Of a stretch of DNA of 34,348 nt, positions 1-6,914 are shown one piece after another. How positions within the stretch are numbered: position 1 is the first letter of the stretch; each line of letters begins with the position of its first letter. The DNA is taken from positions 1 to 34,348 of IMG/VR virus record IMGVR_UViG_3300030385_001109. One strand, written 5' to 3'. The translations under genes and the position numbers were made by a program. The notes below the pieces were generated by a model that was given only the letters and a program-made list of their open reading frames with translations, did no database searches and was not told where the DNA came from. Origin of the DNA: a virus.

Positions 1-99
1 AATGGTATCAGATCTGGCTTCAAGCTACTTATACCAACGACTTTATAGCCAACACCAGCACCAAGAGGCAAAGAAAAATCACCGCGCAAACATATAAGA
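1..99. repeat. Terminal direct repeat, copy 1 (identical to 34250-34348); circular-closure overlap or terminal redundancy
   Basis: Base-by-base comparison: aatggtatcagatctggcttcaagc...ccgcgcaaacatataaga occurs at both window ends, 99/99 nt. Confidence 0.95.
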
Positions 100-269
100 T
101 CAAGACCGAACTCATCATTAACCTTTCTAATGAACCTATATGTTTTTAAATGCTCTGCGCCCGTATCCATATAGATAAAATCAACGTTTTCTCTTCCGAA
201 TTTTTCAATCATTAATTTACATAGGTATGCGCTGGTTCTTCCACCACTAAAACTAACTACCTTTTTCAT
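1..269 (-). CDS. PP-loop ATP-pyrophosphatase / PAPS-reductase-family protein, N-terminal part (continues at 34249 once the duplicated 99 nt are collapsed; full CDS 966 nt, 321 aa)
   Basis: ATG at 269-267 preceded by GGAG (280-277). My translation is MKKVVSFSGGRTSAYLCKLMIEKFGRENVDFIYMDTGAEH..., with the PP-loop motif SGGxxS. The frame joins exactly to ORF 33553..34338: 269 + 697 nt = 322 codons. Confidence 0.8.
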   Translation of the reverse strand, partial: MKKVVSFSGGRTSAYLCKLMIEKFGRENVDFIYMDTGAEHLKTYRFIRKVNDEFGLDLICLRGDFSLPLGAGVGYKVVGISSLKPDLIP

Positions 270-307
270 ATCTTTACTCCATTAACACCTAGTTAAAATT
301 TATTATT

Positions 308-490
308 TTAATGTTTATTGTTATCCACTAACTCAATATCTCTAGTTCTATTAAGCTGCGAAAGTATTTTTTTCTTTAATGCTGACCGTGTTTCATTAGC
401 TGCCGCCTTATTAGCTCCTCGTTTGAGTTGCTTCTCTAGCATCATTGTTATCATGTTCCATTCTTTGCGCGTCAATTTTGGCTGATTCAT
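308..490 (-). CDS. hypothetical small basic protein (60 aa)
   Basis: ORF in the leftward replication operon; AAGG about 8 nt upstream of the ATG. Confidence 0.55.
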   Translation of the reverse strand: MNQPKLTRKEWNMITMMLEKQLKRGANKAAANETRSALKKKILSQLNRTRDIELVDNNKH

Positions 491-508
491 TCTGTTAACC
501 TTTATTGT

Positions 509-709
509 TTAAAAACTGTAAGTTTTGCACTTACTTTTAATATTCTGTGAGCTTTCGAAAAAACCATGTGCCCAGTAATCCTCAAACCCGCAATCTTTAC
601 ATTTAGTCTCACACTCTAGCATGCGGCTATCTAGCGAGTCGGTAACAATGTATTCGTTAACCCCTGAGCATTTATTACATGAATCGTAAAAATGGTATTT
701 TGTTGCCAT
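509..709 (-). CDS. small zinc-ribbon-like protein (start moved to internal Met MATKYHFYDSC)
   Basis: CNKC ... CKDC cysteine pairs. AGAGG lies 5 nt upstream of the ATG at 709; the longer track ORF has no RBS. Confidence 0.55.
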   Translation of the reverse strand: MATKYHFYDSCNKCSGVNEYIVTDSLDSRMLECETKCKDCGFEDYWAHGFFESSQNIKSKCKTYSF

Positions 710-731
710 ATTAACCTCTATTGTTTTATTA

Positions 732-959
732 TTAACTCTCAAGCTCAACTATGCGCTCTGTGATTATCTTCACATCATCTTCTGACAATCTAATTTTCTC
801 GTTAGTCTGTGAACAAAAACCATTAAGTGAGCACTTTAAATTAAATAGTTCATTACTCTTTTGTCTCATCTCTCTTAACTTTATCTCCGCTACTGCGATA
901 CCAAATCCCATATCTTTATGGAATTGTTTTTCTATTTCCATCCTATTATCATTATACAT
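732..959 (-). CDS. hypothetical protein (75 aa)
   Basis: ORF packed between dnaB and the next gene on the same strand. The antisense ORF 751..987 is low-complexity. Confidence 0.5.
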   Translation of the reverse strand: MYNDNRMEIEKQFHKDMGFGIAVAEIKLREMRQKSNELFNLKCSLNGFCSQTNEKIRLSEDDVKIITERIVELES

Positions 960-971
960 AAGCTCAACTTT

Positions 972-2357
972 TTATTTTCTAGCGTAACCACGCTGTACTG
1001 GTTGGTTTTTTGACTCTTCACGCTGCGTCATTTCTGCAACTTCTTGGACACTTAACTGCCCAAAACCACCGCTAACTTTAGATAGGTATATAGTTCCGTT
1101 TCCGTCATTGTGCCGATCTTTAGCTATAATCAACTCGGTAACGCCTTTTAGCTCTGTATCAGGGTCTAGCACTTCCTGGCGATGCACAAATAAAACCACA
1201 TCAGCATCAGCTTCGATTGAGCTTGAATCTTTTAAGTCACTCATTACGGGCCTGCCGCCCTTGTCCATTGCTCTACTACCTTGCACTAGTAAAAGTATAG
1301 GCGTACCCATTTCTTTAGCCAAACTCTTTAGTGCTGAGGTAATTTCACCTATGGATATAGTTAAACTGGCAGCTCTTGGCATAGCCATCAGCCCTAGATA
1401 ATCTACCACTATCAATCCTACATAACCATTTTTAGCAGCGTGCCTGCGAACTCTGGCTCTAATCTGACCGACAGAAAGTTTTGCGTCAGTATCGACAAAT
1501 ATTTTACTATTGTTAACGCTTCCCATGCCCTGAGTTAATCGCCCCCAATCTTCATCATTCAATCCCTTACCGCTTCTAATTTTTTTCGGGCAAACACCAG
1601 AAGCTTTAGAAATAAATCGCTCATAAACTTGCTTGTCGCTCATCTCCATAGAGAAAAACATACAGTTTTTTTGAGCTTTACCGCCAACATAATCCATTAT
1701 TGTCTGAGCTAATAGCGTCTTGCCCATGCTGGGGCGCCCTGCAAGGACTATTAAGCCCTCCAAATCAAAACCTGATAGTCTTTCATCGAGTTCAGGTATT
1801 CCCGTCTCTAATCCGCTTATAGCGCCTCCGCTTTGTACTCGCTCATCAAGCTTGTTCAACCAGTTTTCACCAAAGTCAGATATATGATTTATTTCTTTTC
1901 CTGTGTCTTTTGACGTAATCGACTTTAAGTTTCGTTCAATCATTTCAATTAATTCTGATGGCTCCATGTTTTCGGAGTGCTGAATAGCTTGTTGGGCAGT
2001 GTTGATAATGTCCCTTGTTGTCGCTATCTTGTTTACAAGAGCAACGTGTACAAGTGTAAGCGCGATACTTGTTACTGCTCTCGGTAGTTCAGATATATAA
2101 AAATAACCGCCAGACATGCCCTCGTTACCGTCAGCCTTTAGTTTTTCAGTGACCGATATAGAATCGACTGTCAATTTATTTTCAACCATGGCCTTTATCG
2201 TTGTAAAGATAACCCTATTGCTTTGTAAGTAAAACGCTGATGGATCCATCATATCAAGAGCTTGTTTGCATACAGTGTGATTGCAATCAGTCAGCAGTGC
2301 CCCAAGTATAGATTTTTCAGCATTTAAGTTATTTGGCAGTTCATTTTGCATTAACAT
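972..2357 (-). CDS. dnaB: DnaB-family replicative DNA helicase
   Basis: N-terminal NAEKSILGALL motif, Walker A GRPSMGKT, and DYLGLM plus later RecA-fold motifs; length about 460 aa. The track start is a TTG; the first ATG is at 2357 and the next at 2351 (9 nt after AAGGTG). Confidence 0.9.
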   Translation of the reverse strand: MLMQNELPNNLNAEKSILGALLTDCNHTVCKQALDMMDPSAFYLQSNRVIFTTIKAMVENKLTVDSISVTEKLKADGNEGMSGGYFYISELPRAVTSIALTLVHVALVNKIATTRDIINTAQQAIQHSENMEPSELIEMIERNLKSITSKDTGKEINHISDFGENWLNKLDERVQSGGAISGLETGIPELDERLSGFDLEGLIVLAGRPSMGKTLLAQTIMDYVGGKAQKNCMFFSMEMSDKQVYERFISKASGVCPKKIRSGKGLNDEDWGRLTQGMGSVNNSKIFVDTDAKLSVGQIRARVRRHAAKNGYVGLIVVDYLGLMAMPRAASLTISIGEITSALKSLAKEMGTPILLLVQGSRAMDKGGRPVMSDLKDSSSIEADADVVLFVHRQEVLDPDTELKGVTELIIAKDRHNDGNGTIYLSKVSGGFGQLSVQEVAEMTQREESKNQPVQRGYARK

Positions 2358-2997
2358 AGTCACCTTCAATTATTTTCAATAGTTTAGTTTTGTTTATCAT
2401 AAAGTCGAAACTCATATTCCAACCTTCTTTGGTTCTACCCATTAGCCAATCACTTTTTTCTGCGTACTCAAAGAGGCCTTTCCAGTTTTTACTTTCATCT
2501 AAACCAAAGTCTTTTTTAAATTCTTTTACGCAAGCTATGATTGAGGACTTTCTTTTTTGCGTTATCTTCAACACTTGAGACAGTCCTGGGAAAACTTCGT
2601 TCCAATCGTCAGCTATCTGCTGACATAGTATGTTTATCTCTTTATTACTATTCTTACTATCACTATCACTATCACTCTTACTATCATTATCGGTAGATTT
2701 GGTGGCTTCTGGTGTTTTTACCTTACCATTTCTACCAGTGGTAGATTTGGTGTTATACCTGCTTTCAGCTATTAACCTGTTCTTTTCACAAAGGTTTTCA
2801 TACTTTTCAGCATCTCTTGAGAACTGGTTTTTGAATGGTGAAAACGCAACCTTGGTTAGTGGGTCAAGGTTTAACTCTTCGCCTAACTGGTAACTTCTTA
2901 TTGCTTTAAACAATAAACCCGCTTGCTCATTTGTTAAATCATCCAGCACATTAAGGCTGTCAAAATGTACAATAAATGACTTCCTTTCCTTACTCAT
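2341..2997 (-). CDS. putative replication initiation protein (Lin1244/DUF6291-like N-domain, phage conserved C-terminal domain)
   Basis: N-terminal FIVHFDSLNVLDDLTNEQAGLLFKAIRSYQLGEE... and C-terminal ITQKRKSSIIACVKEF...SDWLMGRTKEGWNMSFDFMINKTKLLKIIEGDY resemble phage replication proteins (TIGR02220-type C-domain, recognised by eye). The gene lies directly upstream of, and overlaps, dnaB. Confidence 0.6.
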   Translation of the reverse strand: MSKERKSFIVHFDSLNVLDDLTNEQAGLLFKAIRSYQLGEELNLDPLTKVAFSPFKNQFSRDAEKYENLCEKNRLIAESRYNTKSTTGRNGKVKTPEATKSTDNDSKSDSDSDSKNSNKEINILCQQIADDWNEVFPGLSQVLKITQKRKSSIIACVKEFKKDFGLDESKNWKGLFEYAEKSDWLMGRTKEGWNMSFDFMINKTKLLKIIEGDYVNAK

Positions 2998-3056
2998 ATA
3001 TAATTACCTTCTACTAATTAATTAAGCCGCTATGCAAAGCGGTTTTTTTATGTCTG

Positions 3057-3254
3057 CTATTTAGACTTAGCGTCATTGATCAAAACTAAATCAATCGCCT
3101 TACTAACATCTCTAGCTGCTAAAGCATTTATTTGCATCAAGCCAAGCCTCATAGCTGCCCTTGCTACCTTGCTAGAATCTGACTTTACTATTAAAGCTGT
3201 ATCTTTAATTCTTAAAGCCTGTGTATCGCTGAATTGTATGCCTAACATTTTCAT
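3057..3254 (-). CDS. small ribbon-helix-helix-like DNA-binding protein (65 aa)
   Basis: Short N-terminal strand followed by two helices (SKVARAAMRLGLMQ). It is the first gene of the leftward replication operon, with AGGAA 6 nt upstream of the ATG. Confidence 0.45.
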   Translation of the reverse strand: MKMLGIQFSDTQALRIKDTALIVKSDSSKVARAAMRLGLMQINALAARDVSKAIDLVLINDAKSK

Positions 3255-3314
3255 ATATTATTCCTGTTTGTAAAAGACAATCGAAGTATTACATATACCT
3301 ATAATACAGTAAAG

Positions 3315-3330
3315 TTATTTATATAAATAA
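3315..3330. promoter_or_regulatory. perfect 16-bp palindrome TTATTTATATAAATAA (candidate operator or UP-like element)
   Basis: Self-complementary by inspection. It ends 17 nt upstream of the -35 at 3348, in the divergent control region. Confidence 0.4.
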
Positions 3331-3347
3331 TTATATAAAGAATTATA

Positions 3348-3376
3348 TTGACAGGTCAAATGATGCTTGTTAAGAT
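3348..3376 (+). promoter_or_regulatory. sigma70-type promoter TTGACA-17-TAAGAT for rightward operon A
   Basis: Consensus -35 at 3348-3353, 17-nt spacer, -10 at 3371-3376, in a 160-nt AT-rich divergent intergenic region. Confidence 0.6.
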
Positions 3377-3421
3377 TCGGTTCAGTTACAAAGCAACAAC
3401 TAAACGAAATAAGGAATGAAT

Positions 3422-4138
3422 ATGGCAGATTTAAGTAAAGCAATAAACGATGCAGTTGAAGAAATGGGTAATGACGGAACTATACAAAAAATAATCAACG
3501 AAGCTGCAACAGGCATGATCAAAGACGCTGTAAAAAGTGCGTTCAATTATAACTCTCCGCTAAAAAAGAAAGTTGAAGCAGCAATCCAGGAATCTATACA
3601 AATAGATTTAGATCAAGTTGACTTTTCAAAGCACAACACAGCAATGATTCACTCTATATCTGAATCGTTTAAAAATGAAATGTTAGTTGGTCAAGTTACT
3701 AAAATGAAAGAAAAGATAGCTTCATTCTTTAGTGCTCCAGAAAAAGCAAGCTATACCGTTACTGAATTTACAAACGAATTATGCAAAAAAATTAAAGATG
3801 GTTGTACCAATGATTACGAAGAAGATACAACCGTCCATGTTTCTGTTGAAAAAGGTACTTGTGGATATGAATACAAGCTAAATATAGGCGATAGATATAG
3901 TAGTCGCGGTGATAGAGAGTGCATTCATATAGTCATAAGAGAGAATGAAAAGCGTCGTGATGATGCAGGAAAGATATTTATTGTTCATTCACCATCTATT
4001 GAGCTTGGTCACGGTGGCGGGATAGAGGGGTGGATTTACGGACTCTACTCTCATGGTGTAACTATCGTGGATTGCGAATCATTCGACATTGATAATTGCG
4101 ATTTGACAGTGTGGAATGATGAAGATGAATACTACTAA
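3422..4138 (+). CDS. hypothetical protein (238 aa), helical N-half and Cys/Gly-containing C-half
   Basis: Long ORF. AAGGA at 3411-3415 favours the ATG at 3422 over 3416. I recognise no family. Confidence 0.7.
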   Translation: MADLSKAINDAVEEMGNDGTIQKIINEAATGMIKDAVKSAFNYNSPLKKKVEAAIQESIQIDLDQVDFSKHNTAMIHSISESFKNEMLVGQVTKMKEKIASFFSAPEKASYTVTEFTNELCKKIKDGCTNDYEEDTTVHVSVEKGTCGYEYKLNIGDRYSSRGDRECIHIVIRENEKRRDDAGKIFIVHSPSIELGHGGGIEGWIYGLYSHGVTIVDCESFDIDNCDLTVWNDEDEYY

Positions 4139-4150
4139 ATAGCCAGCACG

Positions 4151-4172
4151 TAGCGCTATTAATTTAGCGCTA
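4151..4172 (+). promoter_or_regulatory. hairpin TAGCGCTA-ttaatt-TAGCGCTA
   Basis: Two copies of a self-complementary octamer give an 8-bp stem 12 nt after the stop at 4138. No U tract follows. Confidence 0.4.
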
Positions 4173-4213
4173 GTAACTCAGTTAACAACTAAACGAAATA
4201 AGGATGAAGAATA

Positions 4214-4522
4214 ATGCGATTAGATTACAATATGATTATAAAGATAATGCCGCTACCAATTAAGAAGTTGGCCGATAAGCCTGTGACAACAAAAAGGGGC
4301 CGTAGACTTGTGCAAATTAGTGAAGTAACAGTGAAAAGAGTACTTAGTTACTTGCCTACTGATAGTGAAGTTACTAGCGATTGGATAGCTAAAGCAGCCA
4401 AATTACACCCTGGTACAGTTTCAAGGGCATTAACGGCACTGATTAAAACTAATAAAGTTAAGAGAACCAAGCGCAACAAAGTTAATTACATATCAATTAT
4501 AGGTAATAAAAATGCTCAATAA
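4214..4522 (+). CDS. winged-helix DNA-binding protein (102 aa)
   Basis: SDWIAKAAKLHPGTVSRALTALIKTNKVKR looks like a MarR/wHTH recognition helix plus wing. Confidence 0.55.
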   Translation: MRLDYNMIIKIMPLPIKKLADKPVTTKRGRRLVQISEVTVKRVLSYLPTDSEVTSDWIAKAAKLHPGTVSRALTALIKTNKVKRTKRNKVNYISIIGNKNAQ

Positions 4523-4793
4523 AAAAATGTTAGATATTATATTTAAAACGCCTGATTTTGAGCCGATAAGTTCACGCACAAGGGAAACTAAATGGTGCTC
4601 ATCTGAGAGGGCGCTGGAAACAATGAGGCAGTCTTTAAAGTTTGGCGGTCTTTATATGCAAGAAATAATATCATCAACAAGCTATAGCCAGCCAAGCGTA
4701 TCTAAAGCCATGAAAGTTTTAGAGTCTAATAACGAAGTAACAAGTAAACGCACAGCAAAAAACCAGCCTGTATTCTTTGAGTTAGTTGCGTAA
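4512..4793 (+). CDS. winged-helix DNA-binding protein (93 aa), possibly related to the preceding gene
   Basis: MQEIISSTSYSQPSVSKAMKVLESNNEVTSKR...VFFEL has the same HTH-wing layout. It overlaps the upstream gene by 11 nt. Confidence 0.55.
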   Translation: MLNKKMLDIIFKTPDFEPISSRTRETKWCSSERALETMRQSLKFGGLYMQEIISSTSYSQPSVSKAMKVLESNNEVTSKRTAKNQPVFFELVA

Positions 4794-5080
4794 TGTTATC
4801 ATTAAGACAAAAGCACGAATATGAGCAAGAGATTGAGCAGCTTAGAATTGATCTTTTAGCTTCAATGACTGAGTGCAAAAATCTGAATATACAAGTGTTA
4901 TCGCTAAAGTCTAAAATTTTAAATTACGCACTCTCAGGTAAAGACTTGGCTATGGCTTTGATAGAGAAAAAGGTTAACGGTCTGGATATAAAATTAAGTC
5001 AAATATCGGAATACTCAGGAGTTAGCTACGCGAATGTAGCCAACACAGCTAATAGATTAAAAAATAAAAAGGGCAAATAA
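4793..5080 (+). CDS. coiled-coil plus C-terminal HTH protein (95 aa)
   Basis: KLSQISEYSGVSYANVANTANRLK is HTH-like. The start shares a TAATG stop/start overlap with the upstream gene. Confidence 0.5.
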   Translation: MLSLRQKHEYEQEIEQLRIDLLASMTECKNLNIQVLSLKSKILNYALSGKDLAMALIEKKVNGLDIKLSQISEYSGVSYANVANTANRLKNKKGK

Positions 5081-5484
5081 TGAATAAGATTAAAGTAGGC
5101 GACAGGCTTCAACGGGTAAGTGGTGGTACACATAGGGGGCAAGTTGAAGGTGATTTAGTAACGGTAGCAGTCATACATGGTGATAACGTGAGTTTTATGG
5201 GTTATAATAGCTTGTATTTCTTACCTAACTACAAGTTAGTACAACCAAGATACCCCAATGCACCGCACAAGTGGGCTAAGGAAATCAAAGCATGGGCTGA
5301 CGGTGCAAACATTCAGTATGAATCAGTACCAAGTGAATGGTATGGGGCTAGTAAACCATGCTGGGGTAATGATATTAATTACCGCGTTAAACCTGAAAAG
5401 TCTGACAAAGACATTCAAATTGAAAAGCTTGAACAACAAGCACGCGACTTAGCTAATGCGATTGCTAAGTTAAAGGCGCAGTAA
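5080..5484 (+). CDS. hypothetical protein (134 aa)
   Basis: TAATG overlap with the upstream gene. Contains a WADGANIQY...W...PCW...YRVKPE motif of unknown function. Confidence 0.6.
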   Translation: MNKIKVGDRLQRVSGGTHRGQVEGDLVTVAVIHGDNVSFMGYNSLYFLPNYKLVQPRYPNAPHKWAKEIKAWADGANIQYESVPSEWYGASKPCWGNDINYRVKPEKSDKDIQIEKLEQQARDLANAIAKLKAQ

Positions 5485-5497
5485 TGCAAGAGTTAAG

Positions 5498-5529
5498 AGC
5501 CTATCAAGAAATGCTAGGCTTACTTTTTT
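5498..5529 (+). terminator. intrinsic terminator of operon A
   Basis: Stem AGCCTA/TAGGCT (5498-5503 / 5515-5520) followed by tacTTTTTT, between convergent genes. Confidence 0.5.
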
Positions 5530-5939
5530 GACTCGTTATGTCTAGCTAAGCCATGTGAGCCAAAGTGAAATATGATTATGGCTGTTGTACCCATAATCAT
5601 TAACGTACTAGTCGCTAACTTAAAATAAAATTCAGCTAGTTCCATATTCCACGGTGCAGATACACAGGTCATTAGAATAATCCCTAACTGTGTTTTAATC
5701 CATAGCTTCGCAATATCACGCCTAGACTTTGAGCGCTCTGTACTCTCGCCTAATGTAGCTTTAACAAAAGCCTGGACACTTGTTACAGTTTTGGCGTTTT
5801 GTTCCATTACCTCTTCGTCAGTGAGGTTTAAACCACCAACCCAGTTACCAACTTGAGTTAGCAAGCCTTTATCTTTATCTAAAATATTATCAGCCGCTTT
5901 TGGTGCTGAAGTAAAAAAACTGTACCAAGCCATATCCAC
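5520..5939 (-). CDS. membrane protein, holin-like (soluble N-half, at least two C-terminal TM segments)
   Basis: Hydrophobic stretches LWIKTQLGIILMTCVSAPW and LATSTLMIMGTTAIIIFHFG; the layout is reminiscent of GTA-type 3TM holins. It is a lone minus-strand gene between plus-strand operons. Confidence 0.4.
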   Translation of the reverse strand: MDMAWYSFFTSAPKAADNILDKDKGLLTQVGNWVGGLNLTDEEVMEQNAKTVTSVQAFVKATLGESTERSKSRRDIAKLWIKTQLGIILMTCVSAPWNMELAEFYFKLATSTLMIMGTTAIIIFHFGSHGLARHNESKK

Positions 5940-5956
5940 AACCTTTTAAATTAATA

Positions 5957-5965
5957 ATTATAACA
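5957..5965 (-). promoter_or_regulatory. extended -10 element (TGTTATAAT on minus strand) for the holin-like gene
   Basis: The reverse complement of attataaca reads TGTTATAAT, 18 nt upstream of the ATG at 5939. Confidence 0.4.
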
Positions 5966-5990
5966 CAGTGTAAATAAACTTTAATTAATG

Positions 5991-6018
5991 TTGACTTGTA
6001 ACGTGTATGCGTTACAAT
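5991..6018 (+). promoter_or_regulatory. sigma70-type promoter TTGACT-16-TACAAT with embedded inverted repeat TGTAACG-n6-CGTTACA (5997-6016)
   Basis: -35 at 5991-5996 and -10 at 6013-6018. A perfect 7-bp inverted repeat fills the spacer. Confidence 0.55.
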
Positions 6019-6045
6019 GTGGCAACTTAAATATAAGGGTATAAC

Positions 6046-6165
6046 GTGACTAAGTTAATAGACTGTCCAGTATGCAAGAAGAAAAATCAACCGGTTCGCG
6101 ATGATGCTAAAGTTTGCTGCTCATCGTGCAGGGTTAAACAATGGCGTAAAGCTAAAAAGGCATAA
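6046..6165 (+). CDS. 39-aa zinc-ribbon protein (GTG start), absent from the ORF track
   Basis: My translation is VTKLIDCPVCKKKNQPVRDDAKVCCSSCRVKQWRKAKKA. AAGGG lies 7 nt upstream, the promoter about 28 nt upstream, and a terminator-like repeat follows. Confidence 0.5.
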   Translation: MTKLIDCPVCKKKNQPVRDDAKVCCSSCRVKQWRKAKKA

Positions 6166-6167
6166 AC

Positions 6168-6213
6168 CTTTTAAATAAGCGGCTCAGCTTGCTGTGTCCG
6201 ACTTGATTTTGTT
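6168..6213 (+). repeat. 46-nt direct repeat copy 1; terminator-like hairpin plus U-rich tail
   Basis: cttttaaataagcggctcagcttgctgtgtccgacttgattttgtt is identical to 6854-6899. It folds as AAGCGG..CAG-CUUG-CUG..CCGaCUU followed by GAUUUUGUU. Confidence 0.85.
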
Positions 6214-6246
6214 GTTATGTTACCGCCACTGAAAAGGATTGATAGA

Positions 6247-6528
6247 ATGAAAGACACAACACTTTTAGATATTGCAGTAAAAATAAATAAAGTAGCAAAA
6301 AGCGATGGTGTTTATGCTGAGGTTAATTACAGCCCTGACCCAATCAGAAGTACACCAAGCCACATGAAATTATGGGACATAGAGTTAACTTATAATAACT
6401 ACCATAGAGTGGAGAGATTTAATAATACTATGCCTATAGATCATTTCGAGGTTGACCGTATAGCAAGTATCTTATTGAAAGATTTATTTGCTGATTATTT
6501 TAACGCTAAGCTTGGTTTAGTAACATAA
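6247..6528 (+). CDS. hypothetical protein (93 aa; start moved to MKDTT)
   Basis: AAGGA at 6234-6238 lies 8 nt upstream of the ATG at 6247. The track start at 6217 lies inside the repeat tail. Confidence 0.55.
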   Translation: MKDTTLLDIAVKINKVAKSDGVYAEVNYSPDPIRSTPSHMKLWDIELTYNNYHRVERFNNTMPIDHFEVDRIASILLKDLFADYFNAKLGLVT

Positions 6529-6625
6529 CCTTGAGTTAATGTGCTGCGTGAGAGCGTAGCGAACGTAAGCAGTCACAATTTAACGTTTTGTTATGTGACG
6601 GCTTGATTGATAACTGGAGAATAAA

Positions 6626-6853
6626 ATGGCAGGATTGACAGATTTAATTAAAAGTATTGGTGATGAAAATATAGATTTTCAATTGCTAAGCAAGTGCGCT
6701 AGTAGATACAAAGTAAACAAAAAGCATGGTGATCATGAAGTGACTTTTATCACTGCTAGCGACAAAGTAACAAGCGGCAAAGAGGCTATAATTGTGTGGG
6801 TAGATAAAGAGATTTTTGACGACAAACTTAACGAAATAAACAAAGACACATAA
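6626..6853 (+). CDS. hypothetical protein (75 aa)
   Basis: GGAG 7 nt upstream of the ATG; followed by repeat copy 2. Confidence 0.6.
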   Translation: MAGLTDLIKSIGDENIDFQLLSKCASRYKVNKKHGDHEVTFITASDKVTSGKEAIIVWVDKEIFDDKLNEINKDT

Positions 6854-6899
6854 CTTTTAAATAAGCGGCTCAGCTTGCTGTGTCCGACTTGATTTTGTT
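6854..6899 (+). repeat. 46-nt direct repeat copy 2; terminator-like hairpin plus U-rich tail
   Basis: Identical to 6168-6213. Similarity extends about 5 nt upstream (cataa) and, with one mismatch, 6 nt downstream. Confidence 0.85.
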
Positions 6900-6914
6900 T
6901 TTATGCGGTAACTA

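Noticed and set aside
3030-3052. Hairpin GCCGCT-atgcaa-AGCGGT followed by T7 on the plus strand, between the RHH gene and the initiator gene
   Set aside because: Both flanking genes are on the minus strand, where the structure is preceded by the A-run instead of being followed by a U tract. It is therefore not a convincing terminator for them. It might stop antisense transcription, but I cannot support that from sequence alone.
751-3273. Plus-strand ORFs 751-987, 1108-1401, 2390-2578, 2630-2893 and 3076-3273
   Set aside because: They are antisense to dnaB, the initiator and the RHH gene, and their sequences are low-complexity. The minus-strand genes carry recognisable motifs.
6165-6215. Antisense ATG-initiated mini-ORFs created by the cataa junction of the 46-nt repeats
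   Set aside because: The ATG arises from the reverse complement of the sense-strand last codon. The antisense frames differ between the two copies and stop within a few codons in copy 2.
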